Sequence record: OQ031493.1 | DNA: 64,000 nt | Strand: one strand, 5' to 3' | Shown: in pieces, positions 18,044 to 26,596 of the stretch | Numbering within the stretch: position 1 is the stretch's first letter | How the letters are laid out: every line of letters begins with the position of its first letter | Translations under genes and position numbers: made by a program | Notes under the pieces: model-generated | Database searches by the model: none | Seen by the model: only the letters and a program-made list of their open reading frames with translations | What the model was told of the DNA's origin: nothing

Positions 18044-18331
18044 TTAGATATTGTGTTCCTTCGTATCGATGGCCGCCAGCGCCACGATTTCGACATGATA
18101 AGGATGATCCACATTATGGCTGATACATGCCTCGCATTTGAAGATACGCCACATTCCATACGAAGGTAGTTCACGGTTTTTCAAATAAGCATAATCGTGA
18201 GCGGCCGCAAGATATTTTTGTTGGATGGAAAACTCACAAGTAATGTAACCTTTCTCACGAATGAATTCATTGGTCATCTGATCGAAGATCTGTTTGAGTT
18301 CATCAGTAAGGGCGACTTGAGTTTCGAACAT
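18044..18331 (-). CDS. hypothetical protein
   Basis: 95 aa, AAGGA RBS. Confidence 0.7.
   Translation of the reverse strand: MFETQVALTDELKQIFDQMTNEFIREKGYITCEFSIQQKYLAAAHDYAYLKNRELPSYGMWRIFKCEACISHNVDHPYHVEIVALAAIDTKEHNI
18296..18330. repeat. 35-bp direct repeat, copy 2
   Basis: Encodes the start FETQVALTDEL of ORF 18331; near-identical to 17201-17235. Confidence 0.85.
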
Positions 18332-18388
18332 TGAAAGTTTCCTTTTGATATATTAAATAGTTTTGATTATTTCGGAGTTATTGAATAT

Positions 18389-18607
18389 TTAGGTTACCAT
18401 CTGCTCTATATAAACTCGGCTGATTTCATTTAAGTAAGCGAGTGCCAATAGAATACCAGCCCAAATAACAATTTTTCGAGTAGTCTGTTTTTCTATTACA
18501 CCTGGGTGTGATTCACGAATACTACGGTGACAAAATACATAAAACAGACACAGACTCATTGTAACAAAGATAATGGTAAACCATCCCAGATAGATCATTT
18601 TCTTCAC
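18389..18607 (-). CDS. small 2-TM membrane protein
   Basis: 72 aa, two hydrophobic helices. Confidence 0.7.
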   Translation of the reverse strand: MKKMIYLGWFTIIFVTMSLCLFYVFCHRSIRESHPGVIEKQTTRKIVIWAGILLALAYLNEISRVYIEQMVT

Positions 18608-18627
18608 CTATTTTTTATAAATAGAGT

Positions 18628-18957
18628 TTATAGTTTAGTTAGGCGGATGATTTCTTCTAAAGCTGCATCAACTTGATAATACGGCCATGAATCAACACGA
18701 GGTTCGTTATCAAAGTATGTCCAAAGTTGAATACCTTGGAGTTTATTGTAGAATACATTGATTCTGATTCCTTCATGGCCAACAAGACCTTCAATGTAAG
18801 CTGCACCATGCACATACGTAACATGTAGTGCGTACTCGCTATCTTCACCAATGTATTGTATAGGTCTGGAGTAGATGAAGGAATAAGGATTAAATGGATC
18901 AGCCTGAGTGATATGTTCGAAGAATTCTTTCAAACTAGATTTTTTCATATTGGACAT
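18628..18957 (-). CDS. hypothetical protein
   Basis: 109 aa, GAGGA RBS. Confidence 0.75.
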   Translation of the reverse strand: MSNMKKSSLKEFFEHITQADPFNPYSFIYSRPIQYIGEDSEYALHVTYVHGAAYIEGLVGHEGIRINVFYNKLQGIQLWTYFDNEPRVDSWPYYQVDAALEEIIRLTKL

Positions 18958-19019
18958 TATATTTTCCTCATGATTTATTAAGTATACCTCCTAGAAGATA
19001 GACTTAATACTATTCGATG

Positions 19020-19412
19020 TTATTTTAAGACACCTGCCTTGTAACCTTTAACAACAGTTCTAGCTTCTAATGCACTGATTTCGCCAATGTGTTTACGCAG
19101 TGCTTTAATAGCGTTGATGGTAGGTTCATTATCCGCGATATGTCGCCAGTTTCCCTTACCCTTAATGAGTTCAACATCCTGGACATATAGACCATCTTTA
19201 ACTAGATCCATTGTTTCTACCAACTTTTCGACTTCTTTAGTTAGATGCGTATGAAGACTGGCGAGGGACATGTCAGTCATTTGATGCACATCATAGAGAA
19301 AATCCCTATTATCAGAAGACGATAAAATTTCTTTGGTGAGTTTATTTACAGTGTCAATGTTTGCTGCAATTGAAACTAGCAGTGCGGCATATTTCTCTGC
19401 ATTATAATTCAT
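19020..19412 (-). CDS. protein with ribosomal bL12 (L7/L12) C-terminal-like motif
   Basis: INAIKALRKHIGEISALEARTVVK matches the KI.AIK..R...G..L.EAK..V signature. Confidence 0.55.
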   Translation of the reverse strand: MNYNAEKYAALLVSIAANIDTVNKLTKEILSSSDNRDFLYDVHQMTDMSLASLHTHLTKEVEKLVETMDLVKDGLYVQDVELIKGKGNWRHIADNEPTINAIKALRKHIGEISALEARTVVKGYKAGVLK

Positions 19413-19440
19413 TAATACGTATTCCTATTTAAAATTGGAT

Positions 19441-19584
19441 TTAGTGTAATGCGGTAATACTGCGAATATCTAATTCATGTAAATCATATTTCTTTAGGAA
19501 CTCATTCACCGCTTGCTGAATGGTGTACCCACTCGGAGATTCCCACTGAGTACCATTAAAAGCAATAATACGATAACCTACCAT
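19441..19584 (-). CDS. small hypothetical protein (47 aa, below track cutoff)
   Basis: MVGYRIIAFNGTQWESPSG...; AGAGGA RBS; fills an intergenic gap. Confidence 0.6.
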   Translation of the reverse strand: MVGYRIIAFNGTQWESPSGYTIQQAVNEFLKKYDLHELDIRSITALH

Positions 19585-19610
19585 TTTTTATTCCTCTAAT
19601 CACAAAATAA

Positions 19611-19632
19611 ATACCCTCCCGAAGGAGGGTAT
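19611..19632. terminator. intrinsic terminator
   Basis: ataccctcc-cgaa-ggagggtat. Confidence 0.8.
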
Positions 19633-19640
19633 TTATATCG

Positions 19641-20120
19641 TTACCAATTGATTACAGCGACAAACTCAAATACCCGACACAATTCTTTATCACGATGGGC
19701 ATGATGAAAAGATTTACCTTCAATACCGCAATACGGATAAAACAATTTTCGGTGTTCCGTGTCGCCGAACCAGAAGGTGGTGTTATTGGAATCAACCACA
19801 CCATGGATAGCCACATCACGAATGTACTGAAATACATGAACTGCCTTATCAGTGATCACTCGAAGTTCTACACCGTGTTCCTTCATCATAGCCAGGATGT
19901 CTTCCTTGGTGTAATCTGCTTGTTCAGCATTGGTCATGATCTTGTGAGTCAGAGAACGCTTTTCCTTGTCACCGAAACAGATACAGACCAATTGCACCAA
20001 CTGACCTTCTACCTTGAGACCACTGGTCGGTTTTAGTAGAACGAACTCATCATATTTGTAATCATTGGTGACAATCAGTGCCGACTTATTGCGAGTGACA
20101 ATGCCTAGGTTATACGACAT
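19641..20120 (-). CDS. hypothetical protein
   Basis: 159 aa, GAGGA RBS. Confidence 0.75.
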   Translation of the reverse strand: MSYNLGIVTRNKSALIVTNDYKYDEFVLLKPTSGLKVEGQLVQLVCICFGDKEKRSLTHKIMTNAEQADYTKEDILAMMKEHGVELRVITDKAVHVFQYIRDVAIHGVVDSNNTTFWFGDTEHRKLFYPYCGIEGKSFHHAHRDKELCRVFEFVAVINW

Positions 20121-20132
20121 AATTAATCTTCC

Positions 20133-21134
20133 TCATTTTAGAATATGTTGAACCTTGTGGATGTCTTCCAGGCTATGACCAAGACCAGTGGCTTTGTAAG
20201 AATGTTCCTGATCAACACGCTTGTGATATGCAAGCAGTGCATCTACTGGATGTTCAGCGAAGAAGTATTCAGTGTTGTTGCAGTCCCAAGCGAACTCCCA
20301 TTCACCATCACGAATCTCTATTTTGTTAGCACTGAGGTAAGTGATATTGATGGTATTTACAGTGGCATTACCACCAATGAGGTAGTACGATCCTTCATTG
20401 CTACGAACATCGATCCTGCCGCCATCGATAGTATCCTGATAGTAGAAACCACGGTCGAAGAATAACTTCAGCATCGAAGTGAAGTAGCTGTTCAATACAG
20501 CTTGAGCATCTTTCTCTTCGACCACCCATTTTCCATCAACGATGTTATTCAGGTAATTACGATCATGATTGATCCCGACATTATCCACGATGTCAGCGTA
20601 GTTCTTATGGAACTTAGCAATCTCGTACAAACGTTCCAGAGCAGCAAAACGGAAAGGGCTGGTGGGATGCAGAGCCAGAATGATCCGACCTACGCTCCAC
20701 AAACCGGTCCCGTTGACCTCGTAACTTTCTTCGAGGTAACCTTTGATACCACAGTTAACTTCAAGTTCATCTGCTGGGAAACCGGTGCGGAGCCGCCTAC
20801 GGATAGCCAATAGTACCGATTCGGATTCTTCCGGATCGAACAGGTCTATGCCGAAAGTAATCCAGCTACCACGTACTTTGTGCTGGTATGCCAGGCGTAC
20901 AGTATCACCGAATGGAGAAATGAACCAGCGTTCGTCTTCCGATACGACCAAATGGCAACCACATTGCCACAGGGTACTTAGAGGATCGTTAGAGGCGAGA
21001 ATGCGCTTGGTGTCGTTCATATCCGACGAAGTAGCATCTGGACTGCCATGTAGGTGTGTCAGAATAAACAGAAGCGATGATTCTGTAGTTTGAGCACTCA
21101 ACATTGCGCGAGTGATGGTTGCATTGATGATCAT
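20133..21134 (-). CDS. hypothetical protein (333 aa)
   Basis: Long ORF, AAGGA RBS. Confidence 0.8.
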   Translation of the reverse strand: MIINATITRAMLSAQTTESSLLFILTHLHGSPDATSSDMNDTKRILASNDPLSTLWQCGCHLVVSEDERWFISPFGDTVRLAYQHKVRGSWITFGIDLFDPEESESVLLAIRRRLRTGFPADELEVNCGIKGYLEESYEVNGTGLWSVGRIILALHPTSPFRFAALERLYEIAKFHKNYADIVDNVGINHDRNYLNNIVDGKWVVEEKDAQAVLNSYFTSMLKLFFDRGFYYQDTIDGGRIDVRSNEGSYYLIGGNATVNTINITYLSANKIEIRDGEWEFAWDCNNTEYFFAEHPVDALLAYHKRVDQEHSYKATGLGHSLEDIHKVQHILK

Positions 21135-21205
21135 GAGATATCTTCCTTTTTACAGTTTATGAATATATTGCTAAATAAAAAAATATTACGATGTAGAAAA
21201 TAAAA

Positions 21206-21223
21206 GGGAGTCCGAAGACTCCC
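21206..21223 (-). terminator. intrinsic terminator
   Basis: gggagtc-cgaa-gactccc with U-tract on the minus strand. Confidence 0.8.
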
Positions 21224-21238
21224 ATTATTGCGTGTAAT

Positions 21239-22351
21239 CTATTTGATGATAACCGCTTTAGAAAGAGTTTCCATACTTCCAATAACTAATTTGGATTTCT
21301 CTTCTTCAGGGTTCCCCATTGCTTCACGCAGGAGTTCACCAATAGTTTTGGGTTGAACATCATCACTGATTTCACGCGAGCATGCCGAGTCGTCGTACAT
21401 ATCAAACACATTCAGATCATCATCATCCAGGGGCGTGCTGTCATTCCATGAATAGCTTGATTCATCCGAGGTATCATCAGACTCACCATACTGTTCACTG
21501 AGGTCACGGTCCAGTTCAGCCTCATACATCTCGCTAATTGCTTTATCGTCTTCTTCTTGCGCCTTACGACGAGAAGTCTTGTAGAACGGAAGCAGGCGTT
21601 GCAGGACTTTATGGAACTTCTTCTTGCTGATCAACCAGCTAACAGAGTAGCGAGACAGCTTTACTTCAGCTGCTTTGATAGTCGGATCGGAGTACAGCGC
21701 CATGACTAGCTTGTCCAGTTTGTGCAGATGATCTTTAAACGAGTTTGCATAAGCAGGATGTTCCCGAAGAGTGAACATCACAAACGAACGCATGTCAGTG
21801 ATATAGTACTGACTGTGATGTTTGTTGATTTCGATGTATACCGGATCTACTGCGCGGTTATAATCGAATTCCTCTGCCCAGGTAAGGCTACGTACTTTAG
21901 TAGGACGAGGACCTTCTGCCCAACGAACAGTCGGATGTTTCTCACGGATGTTCCAACCATGATTGCGATCATACTCGGTTGACTCTTCTTTGAACCAGGT
22001 GAAATTACCTTCACCGCGCGATACAATACCACGGCACCAACTGACGTTGATTGCCTTGTTACGGCTTTCAGTAAGATCACAGGGCATGTCCAGAATAGCG
22101 ACATAACTGTTATGACCATTGGCCACAACGCCGAGAACAGTAGCTTCGAATGTCTCGTAGCGCTGTCCAGGATACACACGTTCATTCTCATCCAGGTAAC
22201 GAAGGGAGCAGGATTCGAAGATAGCACGAGTACCGGCAGGGAAATGGGCACGACCGAAAGGTTGTTCGGCCTTTCTTTCTTTACGACGGCTGATAACCCA
22301 TTCCAGTTTTTCTTTGGTCAGACGGGTTACGGGTTCACGATATTGTTTCAT
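21239..22351 (-). CDS. 370-aa early protein with acidic disordered tail (possibly phiKZ gp14-like)
   Basis: Basic N-terminus, SH3-like segment, D/E/S-rich C-terminus; gp number inferred only by counting genes between DHFR and terL. Confidence 0.6.
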   Translation of the reverse strand: MKQYREPVTRLTKEKLEWVISRRKERKAEQPFGRAHFPAGTRAIFESCSLRYLDENERVYPGQRYETFEATVLGVVANGHNSYVAILDMPCDLTESRNKAINVSWCRGIVSRGEGNFTWFKEESTEYDRNHGWNIREKHPTVRWAEGPRPTKVRSLTWAEEFDYNRAVDPVYIEINKHHSQYYITDMRSFVMFTLREHPAYANSFKDHLHKLDKLVMALYSDPTIKAAEVKLSRYSVSWLISKKKFHKVLQRLLPFYKTSRRKAQEEDDKAISEMYEAELDRDLSEQYGESDDTSDESSYSWNDSTPLDDDDLNVFDMYDDSACSREISDDVQPKTIGELLREAMGNPEEEKSKLVIGSMETLSKAVIIK

Positions 22352-22448
22352 GGTGTATTTTCCTTTTTACGATTAATTTGGATTATGTACATCCCAATGC
22401 ATCCTTTCCAAGATACATTGGGATGGAGTCTCCGAAGAGTCCCATCTT

Positions 22449-23051
22449 TTATTCCTGGGTCAGTTCCNNNNNNNNNNNNNNNNNNNNNNNNNNNNNNNNN
22501 NNNNNNNNNNNNNNNNNNNNNNNNNNNNNNNNNNNNNNNNNNNNNNNNNNNNNNNNNNNNNNNNNNNNNNNNNNNNNNNNNNNNNNNNNNNNNNNNNNNN
22601 NNNNNNNNNNNNNNNNNNNNNNNNNNNNNNNNNNNNNNNNNNNNNNNNNNNNNNNNNNNNNNNNNNNNNNCATGAAAGTCTTTATCTTATTGCGATACAT
22701 ATTTACCCATGCATTGGATTCATCCACGTGAGTGGATGTGTACTCAGCNNNNNNNNNNNNNNNNNNNNNNNNNNNNNNNNNNNNNNNNNNNNNNNNNNNN
22801 NNNNNNNNNNNNNNNNNNNNNNNNNNNNNNNNNNNNNNACGCTCTGCTTTTATGAAGGCGATGGTATCTTCGATGATAATCTTTTCCAGGTCCTTGTACT
22901 TAACATGGTCGTTATGGATCAATGCCAACATGTCATCAACCTTTACAGTCAACAACATGTCTTCATTACGACGGTTGACCAGTTCATTGGTCTGTTCTTG
23001 GGTGAACACATGGTCCACGTTTTGGAAGACTCTCGACAGACGACTATCCAT
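22449..23051 (-). CDS. hypothetical protein(s) interrupted by two N gaps
   Basis: Frame open on both sides of gaps 22468-22670 and 22749-22838. Confidence 0.5.
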   Translation of the reverse strand: MDSRLSRVFQNVDHVFTQEQTNELVNRRNEDMLLTVKVDDMLALIHNDHVKYKDLEKIIIEDTIAFIKAERXXXXXXXXXXXXXXXXXXXXXXXXXXXXXXAEYTSTHVDESNAWVNMYRNKIKTFMXXXXXXXXXXXXXXXXXXXXXXXXXXXXXXXXXXXXXXXXXXXXXXXXXXXXXXXXXXXXXXXXXXXXELTQE

Positions 23052-23054
23052 TTA

Positions 23055-23228
23055 TTATTCCTCAGTAATAGTGAATGCAAACATAGTACATTTCGGTTTA
23101 GCCGGCTGTTGACACCATTCCTTCGAAACCTTACCTTCGGGTTTGGTCAGTTCATAATAGAATTCACCGCCAGCAGTAGTTAGTCCCATTAGAACTGCAA
23201 GAAAACCTACCACTATTTTGGTTTTCAC
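23055..23228 (-). CDS. small protein with N-terminal TM/signal (57 aa)
   Basis: GTG start in a GTGA overlap; MKTKIVVGFLAVLMGLTTAGG... Confidence 0.6.
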   Translation of the reverse strand: MKTKIVVGFLAVLMGLTTAGGEFYYELTKPEGKVSKEWCQQPAKPKCTMFAFTITEE

Positions 23229-23623
23229 TTAGTGATGATCCGTTGTACGAAATGTTGGAGATTTGCAACCAGTCGATCGAACTCTTCCACGGTCAACTGA
23301 TCACGATGAGATTCCAGAAGTACTTCTACCTCTGGAAGAATGTTGAGTGCGATGTCCAATTGGGTCCGTGAGATGAACTCTGCGACATCCAACTCGTGAT
23401 CTCGACGAAGATGATTTATCAGCTTGCGATGTTGTTCACTGTTACGGTAGGTGGAGATCTTATCGATAAGAATATCAGAGATACTGCTTTCGATCTGTTC
23501 AGCTACAGTCTGACCGTCTTCCTTTACGGTAGCTTTGACCGCGAGGATGGCAGCAACGGCTGTTGCGCCAACTGCCAGTGCAATAAGACCAAGACCAAGT
23601 GCGTTTTCTTTGATGAAGTTCAT
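23225..23623 (-). CDS. N-terminally anchored membrane protein
   Basis: LGLGLIALAVGATAVAAILAV helix followed by a soluble domain. Confidence 0.75.
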   Translation of the reverse strand: MNFIKENALGLGLIALAVGATAVAAILAVKATVKEDGQTVAEQIESSISDILIDKISTYRNSEQHRKLINHLRRDHELDVAEFISRTQLDIALNILPEVEVLLESHRDQLTVEEFDRLVANLQHFVQRIITK

Positions 23624-23628
23624 ATTGA

Positions 23629-23970
23629 TTATCCTTTCAAAGTTGCATCATCATTGAAGATATCAGGACCCACCGAGAGACTTCCCAGAAGATCCGGAGC
23701 AATGTAAACAGAGTTGAGGGTTTCGTATACACCGGTAACAGCATCTACGTTAACCAGGCTAGAACTGCGCATGGGTACCCATTCACCGTTACGGAAGGCT
23801 TCACCGACCAGTACACGAACATCATCTACGTCAGTGCGGTTCGGCCATAGATCCTTACCTTCTACTATTTTTACATTACGAGCATGGTAGACCAGTTTAC
23901 CATTCATGCGAGCAACGATATTCGGACGGCACATGTTGTCGATTACTTTAACTGCTACGGACTTTTCCAT
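23629..23970 (-). CDS. hypothetical protein
   Basis: 113 aa, tight packing. Confidence 0.75.
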   Translation of the reverse strand: MEKSVAVKVIDNMCRPNIVARMNGKLVYHARNVKIVEGKDLWPNRTDVDDVRVLVGEAFRNGEWVPMRSSSLVNVDAVTGVYETLNSVYIAPDLLGSLSVGPDIFNDDATLKG

Positions 23971-23980
23971 TTTTATTTCT

Positions 23981-24130
23981 CTATTTAGTTACGAGCATTT
24001 CTTGACCATTGGGACCGATACGATGACCGAGGATAACAGTTTCATTAGAAATAGTTTGCTCTTCAAACTTAGCGTTTACAAACAGTCCACCAAAAGTCAA
24101 ACCAATAACCACTAGTGCGAATGCTTTCAT
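23981..24130 (-). CDS. small signal/TM protein (49 aa)
   Basis: MKAFALVVIGLTFGGLFVNAK...; first gene after the 53-bp promoter cassette. Confidence 0.6.
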   Translation of the reverse strand: MKAFALVVIGLTFGGLFVNAKFEEQTISNETVILGHRIGPNGQEMLVTK

Positions 24131-24140
24131 TTTTAAAGTC

Positions 24141-24193
24141 CCTTTTTACATTAATTGAAGGTTAAATATCAAGTTAGTAATATACTGTTTAAA
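24141..24193 (-). promoter_or_regulatory. early promoter + leader + RBS cassette, 53-bp exact repeat copy 1
   Basis: Contains TATATTAC (24177-84); identical to 25992-26044. Confidence 0.8.
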
Positions 24194-24220
24194 TATGTTT
24201 GAATAAGGGAGTAGTAGTTA

Positions 24221-24481
24221 TTACATATCGTGCAGGTAGGTCTCATCAATGATGGCACGGGCTAGCTCAATGAGACTATCTTCATCAACAACAATGTTAC
24301 CATCTTTCCAGGTAGCGCTATGGGATAACCAGTTACGGTAATCCTTACCTCGTACAGGATTGATGCATACCTGACGAGTAGCTGCATCACGGTCACCACG
24401 GAAACCCATGATAGCACGTGCACGACGGATTGCTTCTTTCTCCAAGTCTTCGTCAGATTTAAAAGTCAGGAAAGTTGTCAT
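24221..24481 (-). CDS. hypothetical protein
   Basis: 86 aa, AAGGA RBS. Confidence 0.75.
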   Translation of the reverse strand: MTTFLTFKSDEDLEKEAIRRARAIMGFRGDRDAATRQVCINPVRGKDYRNWLSHSATWKDGNIVVDEDSLIELARAIIDETYLHDM

Positions 24482-24526
24482 AGTTTGATTCCTTTTTACT
24501 GATTTAATAGGTTTAATTACACTGTT

Positions 24527-24534
24527 GTGATATA
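24527..24534 (-). promoter_or_regulatory. early promoter variant TATATCAC
   Basis: Same flanks as other copies (actg.ttaaaatggtt). Confidence 0.55.
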
Positions 24535-24562
24535 CTGGTTAAAATGGTTTTAATGTATTATT

Positions 24563-24895
24563 TCATTTCCACAGACGACAATAGTCATCTACATGTCGAG
24601 TGATTTCTGCAACAGCCCTGAGTCGCCGGCGGCCAGTTAATTTAGAGCAGTGTTTATTAACTAATGTATCAACAGTTTTACGTAACCTAACACAGCGTTC
24701 TTCATTAGGTATATCTTGTTCGATAAACAGGCTAGTTAATTTATGGATTTCCATATGGATTTTCTTACATACATCGTTAGCCGATTTTTCTTCATTTAAT
24801 TTGTTGTATGATTCGACTAACTTAACAATAGTTGTAGCAACAGTAGTTGCGGCAACAAAAATTTGAATACCATTGATAAAATTTTTATTAAACAT
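24563..24895 (-). CDS. hypothetical protein
   Basis: 110 aa, GGAG RBS. Confidence 0.75.
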   Translation of the reverse strand: MFNKNFINGIQIFVAATTVATTIVKLVESYNKLNEEKSANDVCKKIHMEIHKLTSLFIEQDIPNEERCVRLRKTVDTLVNKHCSKLTGRRRLRAVAEITRHVDDYCRLWK

Positions 24896-24946
24896 TTTTA
24901 AACTCCAACTAATGTATTAAAAAAATATGTCTATATTGAAAATAAA

Positions 24947-24966
24947 GCCCTCCCCGAAGGGAGGGT
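24947..24966 (-). terminator. intrinsic terminator
   Basis: UUCG-loop GC stem with U-tract. Confidence 0.8.
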
Positions 24967-24996
24967 GTATGTCGCCAATAAGTGTTACTAATTTAT

Positions 24997-25209
24997 TTAG
25001 TTAGTTTGACCATACGTTCTTTCAAAGTTGTTTACATCATAACCTGAGTGGTGTGTTGCAGAACCACCTGAAGTAGTATCTATAATCTTAACTACCACTT
25101 CATCATTTTCAATGTAAACCGACAGTTTATCTCGCATAAAATCCACGTGGTCATTTCGAGAACGTAGATATTTCATTACAGCTTCGCCACTGATTTTACT
25201 GTTAGCCAT
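24997..25209 (-). CDS. hypothetical protein
   Basis: 70 aa, GAGGA RBS. Confidence 0.7.
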   Translation of the reverse strand: MANSKISGEAVMKYLRSRNDHVDFMRDKLSVYIENDEVVVKIIDTTSGGSATHHSGYDVNNFERTYGQTN

Positions 25210-25211
25210 TA

Positions 25212-25448
25212 TTATTTCCTCGATTGATTCCAGTTAAAATTATCTTTTGCATTTTTAGTGAAGAACCCGTTACCCCAACCAAATGAGTATCTAAAGTCCT
25301 TGATTACACCAACATCCGAATCGATAACCTTATATTCAATGACTTTATCACTATTCTCCAGAATGACTAAGATCGCGATAAGATCTTTAGGATCACCTAC
25401 AGTCAATTCATGTCTTTCAGACTCGTCTCTGTGGATAACGATGTACAT
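25212..25448 (-). CDS. hypothetical protein
   Basis: 78 aa, AGAGGA RBS. Confidence 0.7.
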   Translation of the reverse strand: MYIVIHRDESERHELTVGDPKDLIAILVILENSDKVIEYKVIDSDVGVIKDFRYSFGWGNGFFTKNAKDNFNWNQSRK

Positions 25449-25465
25449 GGTACTTTATCCTCTAA

Positions 25466-25981
25466 TTATACCCATTTAGTTACTGGGAGTTCGAAGGTTT
25501 CACACAAGTCGAGTACTTTACGATGTTCCAAGTTATTTTCTGGATAGAAGGTAATGGGTGTAGTCGGACTACCCCAATTAACACGACATCCAGTTTCTTT
25601 ATGGATTTCGCCAAGTACAGTATATGCACCTGCCCCATCTGCATAACCCATTTGATTAGGGTTAACGCAGATTTGAGTAAAACGCTCCGTCAATACTCGA
25701 TTAATAGTGATGGTCAAGAGACGAACGAACTCACGAGTCTTCTCGATGTCGTCTACCCAGAATTCCAGAAGGATCCATTTCCCATGAGGGTTATCATGCC
25801 CACCTTGGAAGAATACACAGAAACCTTCTTTTGCCTTATAAAACTCGTGATTGGTAATGTTACATTCAACCATTTGTTTCACTGCATGCCATACACGCTC
25901 GGTGACATAATCACCATAAAGTTCGATGCAGTGACCACGGCCAGGGAATTGTTCTTTTTTAGAAAATTTAATTTCGAACAT
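25466..25981 (-). CDS. hypothetical protein
   Basis: 171 aa, first gene after repeat copy 2. Confidence 0.8.
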   Translation of the reverse strand: MFEIKFSKKEQFPGRGHCIELYGDYVTERVWHAVKQMVECNITNHEFYKAKEGFCVFFQGGHDNPHGKWILLEFWVDDIEKTREFVRLLTITINRVLTERFTQICVNPNQMGYADGAGAYTVLGEIHKETGCRVNWGSPTTPITFYPENNLEHRKVLDLCETFELPVTKWV

Positions 25982-25991
25982 GGTATAGATT

Positions 25992-26044
25992 CCTTTTTAC
26001 ATTAATTGAAGGTTAAATATCAAGTTAGTAATATACTGTTTAAA
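25992..26044 (-). promoter_or_regulatory. early promoter + leader + RBS cassette, 53-bp exact repeat copy 2
   Basis: TATATTAC at 26028-35; identical to 24141-24193. Confidence 0.8.
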
Positions 26045-26075
26045 ATGGTTTGAATGTATTATCGGTAGGGGAGGG

Positions 26076-26489
26076 TTACCCTTTTAACTTTTTAATACTA
26101 TTGGATAAGTACATGACACTACGGAAAATTTTGAATCTTGAAAAGTATTCACGTACTTCTTTTTTAGTCAATACAAGTCTTCCATCTTTGTTTACATTAT
26201 CACCAAAGACAATTTCCTGAGTATTCTTCCATAAAGATCTATAAAGATAACAGCCGTGTGGTGCATCACACCAATCATAGATCTTAAGTTCAAATTCAAC
26301 TTTGTCGACAATATCATCATCAAATAAAATAGTATTTCCTTTACTATTTAATTCCATTAACTCATTTGCACAATTTATTGCAAACTCAACCGCTGCCCAG
26401 GTTCTACCACCGCTGAACATATCTTTACTTAATTTATTTAAATCGATAGCATTATAAGTTGTTTTCTTAGTGTTTTTCATGGACTGCAC
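26076..26489 (-). CDS. hypothetical protein
   Basis: 137 aa downstream of an early promoter. Confidence 0.75.
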   Translation of the reverse strand: MQSMKNTKKTTYNAIDLNKLSKDMFSGGRTWAAVEFAINCANELMELNSKGNTILFDDDIVDKVEFELKIYDWCDAPHGCYLYRSLWKNTQEIVFGDNVNKDGRLVLTKKEVREYFSRFKIFRSVMYLSNSIKKLKG

Positions 26490-26531
26490 CCCTCAATAAT
26501 AAATAGAATAATCTGTATTTAATTCACCTTT

Positions 26532-26539
26532 GTAATATA
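26532..26539 (-). promoter_or_regulatory. early promoter core TATATTAC
   Basis: Upstream TATTCAAA...TTTAAA context matches the other copies. Confidence 0.7.
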
Positions 26540-26571
26540 CCCTTTAAATACATTTGAATACATGACATAAA

Positions 26572-26591
26572 GCCTTCCCCTGGGGGAAGGC
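26572..26591 (-). terminator. terminator after DHFR
   Basis: gccttccc/gggaaggc stem with U-tract. Confidence 0.75.
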
Positions 26592-26596
26592 TATTA

